Below, piece by piece: positions 18,131 to 26,858 of a stretch of 64,000 nt of DNA. The notes under the pieces are model-generated. The model saw only the letters and a program-made list of their open reading frames with translations, ran no database searches and was not told the DNA's origin. This DNA is from Candidatus Marinacidobacterales bacterium. GTDB taxonomy: Bacteria; Acidobacteriota; Vicinamibacteria; Marinacidobacterales; SMYC01. Numbering within the stretch: position 1 is the first letter of the stretch; each line of letters begins with the position of its first letter. Made by a program: the position numbers and the translations under genes. The stretch is from assembly GCA_965224085.1 (NCBI GenBank), contig CBDCYI010000005.1, positions 1,024,001 through 1,088,000 on the forward strand, written 5' to 3'.

Positions 18131-20784
18131 GCTCCATCGCCTTTGTCGGAACGTGAGAGCTGCAGCAAGAGCGCGAGACCGTCTTTGAAGGCCGGGGCGA
18201 GCTCAAGGGCTCTCAGAAGCTCCTTGCGCGCACTCCGATCGTCCCCCGCCTCGTGGTAGGCGAGCGCGAGGTCATAGAGTCCCTGCGCGCGGTCCGTCGT
18301 GAGTGCTAAGAGCGCGCGGCGCTCGACGATGACCTCGTCCTTCCGCCCCATTTCACGATAGAGCTCCGCGAGCCGTTGATGGTCCTCGAGCTCGAACGGG
18401 TAGATATAGACTGCGCGCTTCAGGATCTCCGCGGCCTTCGCTTTCTCATCCAGATCCGCGTACAGCCCGGCGAGCGTAACGTGCGCATCGTAATGGTTCT
18501 CATTGATGTCGACGAAGGTCGCGAGCTCTTGGGCGGCACGGTCGATGTCGCCTCGATTCTCGTGGATCTTCGCGAGTGCTAAATAGGCATTGCCTTCGCC
18601 GGCATATTGAGGGAATAGCTTCTTGGCGCGCTCGAGAAGTTTCTCGGCCTTTTCGACGTCACCCTCTTCGAGGGCGCGCCGTCCGGTCTCGAGCTGGGCG
18701 ATAAAATCGAACTCGTCTTCTTCGGCGCGAGTCGCGAGCTCCTCTACTGAGTCGGGAGTCGCATCGTCTTCGGGCGGGAGCCGAAGGGTCGCGGCAATCG
18801 CGTCGAAGCGATCGGCCAAGTATTCGCCGAAGCGGGTGTCGAACGCGTCGAGCGTCAGGCCGAGCACTTTCTCGAATACTTCAGGCGTCGAGAGACTTTC
18901 ACGATAGGCCGCCAACATGTCGCGGATCGCTTGAAACTCGAAGTCGCGCTCGATGAGCTCCGCGACGAGCGACGCCTGATAGTAAGAAATCCCGATCTGT
19001 TGCGGGTAGGTGGGACGCATAAAACCATTATTGAGCTCCGCAACCTTCAGTAGCCGCTCGCGCTGATAGGCCGCGAGAAAGCCGAGATTCACGTCGTCAC
19101 CCCAACCCGGGTGCGCGCGCCGCTCTTCGAGCACGGAAAGACCCTCCGAGAACCAACGCGGCACTTTGTGATCGGTCATGCCGAGCGTTACCGTGTGGGC
19201 GAGCTCGTGCCAGAGCGTCGACGCCCAATTGAACTGACCCTTCGGGCGAGCGGAAGGTGAATCGACCGCAATCACGGGGCCGAAGCAAACGCCGAGCGCG
19301 CCGAGCCCGGGAAGCCCGAGCGTGCGCACCGAGAAGTCGCCGTGCGAGCGGAACACCTCGATCCGGATCGGCGTGGGCGGTTCGTATTGGTAGAGCTCAG
19401 ACAGTTTCTTGTAGGCCTCTTCCGCGACGCTTGCGTAGTGTACTGAGAGCAGATCGGATTCTTGACCTTCGATGAAGATCTCGAACCGCTTGGTCGGCGT
19501 CGTTTCGTAGTCGACGAAGGTGTCGAGAAGATCGAGCGTGTTCTTGTTCCAGATGTGGTAGGGGTCGCCTTTGAAGGAGAGTTCGAGATTCTTGGTCCCT
19601 TCTTCGATATCGCCGAGCCGGAGCTGGTTGACGCCGAGAAGCCCGTAGCCCCACCACGAGCGTTCGTCGAGATTCACTGCCTTGGCGGCGAAATCCACGG
19701 CGCGCTCGTAAAGACGATTGTTGACGGCGATCTCGGAGAGTTTGTTGTAGAAATCCGCGTGGCGCGGGTTCCGCTCGAGGGCGCGCGCCTCGACCGCGCG
19801 GAAGCCGGCTTCGTCGCCGCTCAAAAGCTCGGCCGCGGCCAAAATCGGAAGCGCATCGGGCGACAGCGGGTTCACGTCGAGCGCTTTTTGAGCTTCCTCT
19901 CGCGCGCGACCGTAATCCTCGAGCCCGAGATGCTGCTCGGCGACAAACGCACGAGCCGCGACGTGATTCGAATTCACTTCGAGCACTTTCTCGGCCAAAG
20001 TGAGCGCTTCGGGCGAGCCGTCGAAGGCCTTCACTTGGGCCATACCGAAAAGAGCTTCGGGATGGTTCGCGTTCATGGAGAGCGCTTCCTCGAAGCTCGA
20101 GCTGGCGTCGGGGCTGTTATATTTCTCGAGAAACAAGGAGCCCGCGAAAATCGTCGGCGCAATCGACGAGGGGTCGGCTGCTTTCGCTTCGTCGAGGGCT
20201 TTCAAGGCGTCCTTGAAGAGCTGCGGGTTCGTCGCGCCGAGATACCAGCAAGCGACGCCTACCGCGACGAGTTGGTCGGCGCGCAGCGACGAGCTGCGGT
20301 TGTAGACGTCGATGAACGCATCGAACCGGCGGAGCGCTTCGTCTACGTCACCCTGCTCCCGATAAAGGATCGCGAGGTTGAGCTCGGCCGACAGATGATT
20401 GCGCGCGCCCCCCGCAATCGCTTTCTCGAAGGCTACACGGGCCTCATCAATACGTCCCGTCTCGTAAAGAACCTCGCCACGCACGTTCTCGAGCTCTACC
20501 GACGCCGGCTCTTTCGTGACAAAGGCGTCAACGCGGTCGAGCGCCTCATCGTTGTGACCCGTAAGCCGAAGCGCTTCGATCCAACCGTGATAGAGACGAG
20601 GGGTCGGCATGTTGACCGATGCCGCCTCGAACGCCGCGATGGCGTCGGGGTAACGCCCCTCAAAAAGCGCCAACTCCGCATCCTCGAGACTAGCCCCCGC
20701 CGCATGTACAAAACCCCCAACTAGCAGGAGAACAACATTAAAAAACCGCAGATAGCCGGAACCAATTGGCAGGTAGCTGGTCAC
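18127..20784 (-). CDS. Exported TPR protein with central zinc-metallopeptidase (MA-like) domain
   Basis: Signal peptide, many TPR helices, WHELAHTV (HExxH) followed by PRWFSEGLS. Confidence 0.85.
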   Translation of the reverse strand: MTSYLPIGSGYLRFFNVVLLLVGGFVHAAGASLEDAELALFEGRYPDAIAAFEAASVNMPTPRLYHGWIEALRLTGHNDEALDRVDAFVTKEPASVELENVRGEVLYETGRIDEARVAFEKAIAGGARNHLSAELNLAILYREQGDVDEALRRFDAFIDVYNRSSSLRADQLVAVGVACWYLGATNPQLFKDALKALDEAKAADPSSIAPTIFAGSLFLEKYNSPDASSSFEEALSMNANHPEALFGMAQVKAFDGSPEALTLAEKVLEVNSNHVAARAFVAEQHLGLEDYGRAREEAQKALDVNPLSPDALPILAAAELLSGDEAGFRAVEARALERNPRHADFYNKLSEIAVNNRLYERAVDFAAKAVNLDERSWWGYGLLGVNQLRLGDIEEGTKNLELSFKGDPYHIWNKNTLDLLDTFVDYETTPTKRFEIFIEGQESDLLSVHYASVAEEAYKKLSELYQYEPPTPIRIEVFRSHGDFSVRTLGLPGLGALGVCFGPVIAVDSPSARPKGQFNWASTLWHELAHTVTLGMTDHKVPRWFSEGLSVLEERRAHPGWGDDVNLGFLAAYQRERLLKVAELNNGFMRPTYPQQIGISYYQASLVAELIERDFEFQAIRDMLAAYRESLSTPEVFEKVLGLTLDAFDTRFGEYLADRFDAIAATLRLPPEDDATPDSVEELATRAEEDEFDFIAQLETGRRALEEGDVEKAEKLLERAKKLFPQYAGEGNAYLALAKIHENRGDIDRAAQELATFVDINENHYDAHVTLAGLYADLDEKAKAAEILKRAVYIYPFELEDHQRLAELYREMGRKDEVIVERRALLALTTDRAQGLYDLALAYHEAGDDRSARKELLRALELAPAFKDGLALLLQLSRSDKGDGA

Positions 20785-21776
20785 GGCCGCCTCTCCTCAA
20801 TACTGGCCGTGACCCGCGCGAGCTCCAAAAGCACCTGCTCGAGCTCTTGCATATACAAATCTTCCGGCATCGAGTCTTTCTGTTGCCGAAGCGCTACGAC
20901 GCGCGCCTCGAGCTCACGCCGTTTCTCAACGAGCTTCGCGAGCTCTGGATCCGCCGCGATATCGGCGTCTTGGAACCCTTCGGCCACCGCGGCGTCACCC
21001 ATGAGATAAGCCGTGCCCGCCAGGTCGCCCTCGTTGTCTGAAGGCTCGTGAGTGCCCTCACCGTCCCCGTTATCGTCGAGAATCGAATGCTCGGTTTGAA
21101 GCATGTTTTCTTCGTCGTAGTAACCCTTCACGCGAATCCGGGCATAGGTGTAAGCTTCCAGCACCGACACGCGCTCGTTCTTGTCCGTGTCCGCCCCGTC
21201 TCCAGAGTAGGCCTCTACGAAATACTGTCCAAACTGCGATTCATTCCGCTCGTAGCCGCTCTTCGTCGCTGTCGCCACGATGCGATTGGGCCCCGAGAGA
21301 ATGGGAAGAAAATTCCCGCTCGCACTCGACGCATTGACGAAAACGATTTGTTGCCCGCCAAAAGGCTTCAAGATCGCGTCGAAATCCTCGGCAGTCAAAT
21401 CCGGCCCGGGCAAATTGAACCGCGATTGCTCCGAGCGGAAGCTTCCGTGACCGATGAGCAGCACATAGAGCTGGTCGCCCGGGCGCACTTTTGTCTGGAT
21501 TCTCTCGAAAATCGCGATGACGTTATCCTTGGTCGACTTGGCGTGCACGAGCTCGGGAGAAAGCTCGACTTTCTCGGCGAGGTAGAAAACGTGGTCTTCG
21601 GGGAGGGCCGCGTCCGTTAGCGCCGCGTCACGCATCGCGAGCGACCATTGGTGGAACTTCTCGCGGTACCGCTCCTCGCCGCCGAGGCCCGAAATGATGA
21701 CGAGGTAGCTTTGGTTCGCGGTCGCGCCGGCGGCCAAGCTCAGGATGAGGATGAGCGCGAACGCCCTCGCGATCAT
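20781..21776 (-). CDS. Exported caspase/peptidase C13-like fold protein with coiled-coil tail
   Basis: Signal peptide, IISGLGGE, LIGHGS, EF-hand-like DTDKNERVS and DDNGDG. ATGA overlap with upstream gene. Confidence 0.7.
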   Translation of the reverse strand: MIARAFALILILSLAAGATANQSYLVIISGLGGEERYREKFHQWSLAMRDAALTDAALPEDHVFYLAEKVELSPELVHAKSTKDNVIAIFERIQTKVRPGDQLYVLLIGHGSFRSEQSRFNLPGPDLTAEDFDAILKPFGGQQIVFVNASSASGNFLPILSGPNRIVATATKSGYERNESQFGQYFVEAYSGDGADTDKNERVSVLEAYTYARIRVKGYYDEENMLQTEHSILDDNGDGEGTHEPSDNEGDLAGTAYLMGDAAVAEGFQDADIAADPELAKLVEKRRELEARVVALRQQKDSMPEDLYMQELEQVLLELARVTASIEERRP

Positions 21777-24082
21777 GCGAGTCCTCGGAGCTTTCGGTAG
21801 CCCCACTCCGAGCCGACGATGCCGACGAGCATCAAGAAGATGAAGGGCATGTCCCAGAGATCCCGGTACTCGCGCACGGTCATCCCGCCTTCGGCATAAG
21901 TCATATCCTCTGGAAGACGGGCGACCGTCTCCGGCGTGTAAAACTGGCCGCCGGTCTCGTCCGCGACGCGCTCCAAAAGAGGCGTGCGCATCTCGGCCTG
22001 AAAGTACTCCTCATCGAGGTCTTGGGACTCGGTGAAGCCCCGCGCGGTCCCGAACTCGACACCGTCGCGCATGGCCGAGACGTCGATTTCATAGATGCCC
22101 TTTTCCCTGGGCAAGAAATTTCCGCGATACTCGCCGTCCTTGTCGACCGTCCACTCCATCGGGACTTCGAAACGCTCGCCCGAGGGTGTCCGCACGGTGG
22201 CCGTGATTTGGGCGTTGTTGACTTTCAAGAAACGGTCGTCATCCGCTTCGGCGAGCAGCGAGACGCTCTCGCCGGGCGCGTAACGGTGTTTTTCGGCGCT
22301 TATCGCTACTTGTTGGGGAACGTAGCTCACGAGCCACCGCAGAAGTTTTCGCCAGAGCAGCTCGTGCGTCATGTCCTCGAGCGGCATGTCGTGATGCATC
22401 TGCCATTGCCACGAATCGTTGACCGTGAAGGCGATCGACTTTCCCCGACCGTATCGCTGGAAGACGAGAACAGGCTGCTCGTCCACCCCCGGTCCCGAGC
22501 CCGTGAGAAGCGTCGTGGCGCCCGGCTTCACCGCGCGCACATCGTTCAGCGTCGATAGCGGCGGCAGCGTCGCCCAACGTTCGCTGCTCGCATCGACCTC
22601 CTGGCCGAACTGCGTGACAGGATGGGTCGTTCCGAACGGCGTCGGCTTCACCGCGAGCGTGCTGAAAAAAGCCGGGCCGGCGAGCTCCTCCGCTTCGGAG
22701 CGCTCTTTGGCCGGAGAGAGCTCGACGGGAAGCACGTCCGCGACAGGTGTTCCGGCATAGCCGCCCCCGGATAGCGCGAGACGGCCGCCGAGCACGAGCA
22801 AACCGCCGCCGCGCTGGCTGACGAAGTCCGCGATCATTCGGAGCTGGTCATGCGTGAAATGGCTCGCTTCGATACTCCCTAGAATGAGGCCCCGATATTT
22901 GAAGAGCTCCTCGCGCGTTTTAGGGAAGCCGCTCGCGAGCTCTTCGGAATCGTCGATGTCGAGCCGCAGGAATTTGTTCTCCGCGGTGCGATTGAGACAG
23001 ACGACCTGCAGATTCTCGTCATCCGCTACCGCGCGGCGGATGAACCCGAGCTCGAAGCGCGGCTCGCCTTCGAAGTACAAAATCTTGGGCCGTTCATCCT
23101 CGACATAGATGAGTTGGTCGCGCTGATTGTTCTGCGAGACCATCTCACCGTCCTCGGTCGCTACGCGAAAACGGAAGATGCGCGCTCCGGGATTCGCGAC
23201 GGTGAAATGAATCCGCACCGTCGTCGCCTCGGCGGAAAGCTCGACCTCGCGCGAGTTCACGATTCGGCCGTCATCCTCGACGTCGAGGCGGACGGTTTCG
23301 CCGTTGAAGCCCCGCTGCGAGATCGTGACGTCCACGATGAGCGACGAGCCTACGAGAACGCTCCTTGGAGCTTCGACCCGAGAGACTTCGATGTCCCGAG
23401 TAAAGCGCTCACGTCCGAGGCCAACGGTATAGACCGGCACTTTCCGCGCTTGAAGCTCGAGCAAGGTGTCGCTGATCGCCGCGTTCGAGTTATCGGCGCC
23501 GTCGCTCATGACGACGAGGCCCGCGAGAGGAACGTTACTAAGCTCTTCGGCGCTCCGGGTGAGAGCGCGCGAGAGGTGCGTCCGTGCCCCTGCGAAGCCG
23601 AGCGCCGCAGGATCGTTCAAGCGTTGCGCTGTCTCCGAGAAGCGGAAAAAACGTAGCATGAACTTGTCAGAGAGCGCTTTCGCGAGCGCGCTCCCCTCGG
23701 GACCAAAGGTGCCCTGAATGAAACCGCCACGAGGCTCGTCTTCGACATCCGCGATCTGCATGCTGCGCGAGTCGTCGAGCAAGATGCCTACAAAGCTCCG
23801 CTGCGGAACGACCGTCGACAAGATGAGCGAAGGACGAAACAGGCAGAACAAGACGAGCAGCAATGCCGCCGCCCTCAAACCGGTGAGCACGAGACGATCG
23901 CGGGCGGTGCTCTTGCCGCGCACGTCCCGATAACGCAGCACCGTAGGCACCGCGAGAACGACCGCAACGAAGCCGGCCAGGATGATCGGCCAGGAGACTC
24001 CGAGGCTGAGCTCGCCTCGCTCGAAGAGCAACGGGCGGTACTTGAATAGAAACTCGAAAACGCTTTCGAACCAGGATGCCAT
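21773..24082 (-). CDS. Membrane protein with vWA, Ig-like and class I GATase-like domains
   Basis: N-terminal TMs, DDSRSM and SDG MIDAS, GGGLLVLGG, YGRG, C-terminal LWD..EWGYRKLRGL. TGATG coupling. Confidence 0.85.
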   Translation of the reverse strand: MASWFESVFEFLFKYRPLLFERGELSLGVSWPIILAGFVAVVLAVPTVLRYRDVRGKSTARDRLVLTGLRAAALLLVLFCLFRPSLILSTVVPQRSFVGILLDDSRSMQIADVEDEPRGGFIQGTFGPEGSALAKALSDKFMLRFFRFSETAQRLNDPAALGFAGARTHLSRALTRSAEELSNVPLAGLVVMSDGADNSNAAISDTLLELQARKVPVYTVGLGRERFTRDIEVSRVEAPRSVLVGSSLIVDVTISQRGFNGETVRLDVEDDGRIVNSREVELSAEATTVRIHFTVANPGARIFRFRVATEDGEMVSQNNQRDQLIYVEDERPKILYFEGEPRFELGFIRRAVADDENLQVVCLNRTAENKFLRLDIDDSEELASGFPKTREELFKYRGLILGSIEASHFTHDQLRMIADFVSQRGGGLLVLGGRLALSGGGYAGTPVADVLPVELSPAKERSEAEELAGPAFFSTLAVKPTPFGTTHPVTQFGQEVDASSERWATLPPLSTLNDVRAVKPGATTLLTGSGPGVDEQPVLVFQRYGRGKSIAFTVNDSWQWQMHHDMPLEDMTHELLWRKLLRWLVSYVPQQVAISAEKHRYAPGESVSLLAEADDDRFLKVNNAQITATVRTPSGERFEVPMEWTVDKDGEYRGNFLPREKGIYEIDVSAMRDGVEFGTARGFTESQDLDEEYFQAEMRTPLLERVADETGGQFYTPETVARLPEDMTYAEGGMTVREYRDLWDMPFIFLMLVGIVGSEWGYRKLRGLA

Positions 24083-25044
24083 CAATGACTCATTGCGTAG
24101 ATAATGAAATTTACTCCCATTTGGTAAGCATAGGTCGAGAACTTGAGCGGGTAATAGGGATTTTCAGCCCACTCCCAAGCGTCTCCGAGATCTGTGTTCC
24201 AATTGATCACGACCATGAGCCGCCCCTGCTCATCGAAAACACCCTTCACAGCCGGATAATAGCCATCCGACTCCCACGTCGGACCCCCTTGCATACCTTG
24301 TCCGACATTGGGAACTTGAATGATCTCTTTTACGTCGTAAAAGCAGCTGAAAATCGGATGATCGAGCGGGAGGTCCACAATCGGATATCCGGGAAGAATG
24401 CGCTGAAACTGGTTCTGGAAGTTCTCGAACTCGAAGGTGCCCCAAAAATCATCGACGACGAGAAAGCCGCCCGCCTGGAGATAGCGCCTCAGCCCTTCGA
24501 CCTCGAGCTCGGTGAGCGCCATGTAGCCGACCTCGACCGTATATAGGAACGGAAAGCGTCCGAGGTCCGGGTCCGTGAGCCGCACCGGATTCTCGGCCTC
24601 GAACGCATCTAGATTCGTGAGCCGTCGGAGCCCGATCAAGAACTGCCGATCCGCCTTCGGAAAATCGACGCTCCAGCTGCGATAGTCCCGAAAACGGAAA
24701 TGACCGGTATAGGCAGCGCGAGAGAAATAAAACTCACGCGGAACACGTGGGTCGCTAATCTCAGGGTTCCGGTGCTGCTGAAGCGCTTGCGGCAGCGTGA
24801 AAAGGTTTTGCGGGGAACCGGATGTTTGTGGCGGTTCGTTTTTGGCTTGTGCTACTGGTTTTAGTGGTGTTGCGGGCTTTTTGAGCATTACCGAAAGGCC
24901 TAGCAGGCGCAGCGGCGGCCGGTAGTGCGCGGCCGCGCCCAAGCATGTGAGCAGCGCTACAACAATGGCAGCGCCGACCGCAAAGGTTCGGCGGCTCCGC
25001 CAACGCGTTGCTATGTACTGGCCTTCGTACGGGGGCACAGCCAT
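24082..25044 (-). CDS. DUF4159 domain protein, first gene of operon
   Basis: WSVDFPKAD, YLQAGGFLVVDDFWG, DLGDAWEW, GVNFIIYAMSH. Paralog of 17357-18130. Confidence 0.85.
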   Translation of the reverse strand: MAVPPYEGQYIATRWRSRRTFAVGAAIVVALLTCLGAAAHYRPPLRLLGLSVMLKKPATPLKPVAQAKNEPPQTSGSPQNLFTLPQALQQHRNPEISDPRVPREFYFSRAAYTGHFRFRDYRSWSVDFPKADRQFLIGLRRLTNLDAFEAENPVRLTDPDLGRFPFLYTVEVGYMALTELEVEGLRRYLQAGGFLVVDDFWGTFEFENFQNQFQRILPGYPIVDLPLDHPIFSCFYDVKEIIQVPNVGQGMQGGPTWESDGYYPAVKGVFDEQGRLMVVINWNTDLGDAWEWAENPYYPLKFSTYAYQMGVNFIIYAMSH

Positions 25045-25254
25045 CCTTTTCTTACCGCCTCCGGGATCGTTCTCTTTACCCGAAGGCCCCGACTCAGCTC
25101 GATTTCGAGTGGTAGCTTCCTGAACCGGCTTGGTTGGTCTACGTCTTTATTATACGTCACGACGTCACGGCACGCGCTCGCTCACGAGGATTTCACCACA
25201 GTCGTGCAGCAACACTTCTAGGTTCGAGGATTGAACAAGGCGGCCGGGCGGAAT

Positions 25255-25563
25255 TCAGCCGAGCCAGCGATGGTCGACGACGAAAGAGAAATCCGGATCG
25301 AGCTTTCGAATCACGAGTTCCGAGGCGAGCGACTTCCCGCAAGCTCGAGCGAGGAGATCGCCCGATGAAACGTTTTCAGAGCTCGTACGCTCCTCCGCGA
25401 GCTTTAGAGCGTCGTCGGTGATTCGGCAGGTACCCGCGACGTTGCCGCTCGGCTGCCCAGAGACCGTGGCGCCGTAGGGGTTGAACTTGTCACCTTCGCC
25501 GCGCTCTTTCTTCTCGAGCACGATTTCATATTGCGTATCTCGTACCGTGAACTTGGCTCTCAT
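25255..25563 (-). CDS. Small hypothetical protein
   Basis: 102-aa ORF from ATG 25563, preceded by TGcTACGAT extended -10-like element. Globular-looking sequence. Confidence 0.65.
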   Translation of the reverse strand: MRAKFTVRDTQYEIVLEKKERGEGDKFNPYGATVSGQPSGNVAGTCRITDDALKLAEERTSSENVSSGDLLARACGKSLASELVIRKLDPDFSFVVDHRWLG

Positions 25564-25739
25564 AGCACCCGCATCGTAGCAGCCACCGGTCGTCAATCGC
25601 CAGTCTCTCTCTAGAGTGTTTAGCCAGGTGAACCTGAAAGCGCTTGAACCGCAGAGACGATTCTGACTGGTTATAGGCTAGATCCAAAAGGTGAACGGAA
25701 TCCGCGAATCCGGGCGTTTGGATTCTTGGTTGCGGTGGG

Positions 25740-26696
25740 CTATTGGTTTGTTGGCGGGGGCTCCGGGCCGAAATAGCCGCGGCGGTGGCGTACCTTGACG
25801 TCGTCCACATCGACGTTGACTTTGATCTTCCGGTACTTCCCGTTGGTCTCTTTATTGGAGGATAGGTAGGCGATGTTGTACTGGCTGAAGAGCTCGTCGA
25901 GGATCTTGTCGAAGAGCTCGTCGATTCCCTTCAACGACTGGCCCTGCGCGTAGGAGCCCCCCGTCTCGCGCGCAAGTTGACGCAGAAACCGGCTCTCTTG
26001 GAAACGGCTGCTCGCACGCGAGTTCCCCGCGAAGTGGATAGAGTGCATCGTGACGTTGGAAAGCTTCACCATTTCGTAGATCTCGCCGATGCCCAAGGTG
26101 CTTCGCGAGTCGACGCCGTCGCTGAAAATGACGAGCGTCTTGCGGCCATCAAGGTCGTAAACGCGCTCCATAAAAGTCGCGACCGCATCGTAGAGTGCCG
26201 TCCAGCCCTCAGACTCGACCTCGTAGATACGATCGGCAATGACCCGTTGATCGTCGGACGAGTACCGAGACAGACGTATGTTCTCATCGAAATCCATGAT
26301 GAACAAGCTCTCGGTCTTGGGGATATTCATCAGGAACTTGATGGCGGCGCTTTGCAAAAGGGGCATGTCGTCTTCCATGCTGCCGCTCGCGTCCAGAATA
26401 AGTCCGATGACTTGGCGGCCCGAAAGCTCGTCCTTGACGTCCGGAGGCAGCCCCACCCAAGACTCGTCGAGTCCCGAGGCAAAGAGCTCGATCTTCTGCT
26501 CTACGCCGTCCTCGTAGACCTTGAACTGATCTTGGGTGAGGTCCCTCACGAAGTTGCCGTCGCCGTCTTGAACGGCGATCGCGACCGACACCATCTCGAC
26601 GTCGCTTATGAATGTGGGGATGCGTTGATCTTCCTCTTGCGCGAGCGCCACCACCGCGCAAAGAACGAGAACACCAACGAGATTCAGCAAACGCAC
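25740..26696 (-). CDS. Acidobacterial VWFA-domain protein (exported)
   Basis: GTG after GGGAG, signal peptide, DASGSM, TALYDA, SDGVD, ETGG, QYNIAY, YRKIKV..RRGY. Confidence 0.88.
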   Translation of the reverse strand: MRLLNLVGVLVLCAVVALAQEEDQRIPTFISDVEMVSVAIAVQDGDGNFVRDLTQDQFKVYEDGVEQKIELFASGLDESWVGLPPDVKDELSGRQVIGLILDASGSMEDDMPLLQSAAIKFLMNIPKTESLFIMDFDENIRLSRYSSDDQRVIADRIYEVESEGWTALYDAVATFMERVYDLDGRKTLVIFSDGVDSRSTLGIGEIYEMVKLSNVTMHSIHFAGNSRASSRFQESRFLRQLARETGGSYAQGQSLKGIDELFDKILDELFSQYNIAYLSSNKETNGKYRKIKVNVDVDDVKVRHRRGYFGPEPPPTNQ

Positions 26697-26858
26697 GACT
26701 CCCTTGTAACACACCGCGCGTCGAGCTTGAAGCGGTAGGGTGGCGCAAAGTGCCAAAGAAATAGAGACTGGGGGATAGGAGGGGATCATGAGAGCTTGCG
26801 GTTTCGTATTCCAACCTCTCCGTGGCCTAAACATCGACAAGCAGTTATTAACCGCGCG

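Noticed and set aside
26741-26755. TGGCAC-containing palindrome upstream of the VWFA gene as a sigma-54 promoter
   Set aside because: GG to GC spacing does not fit -24/-12
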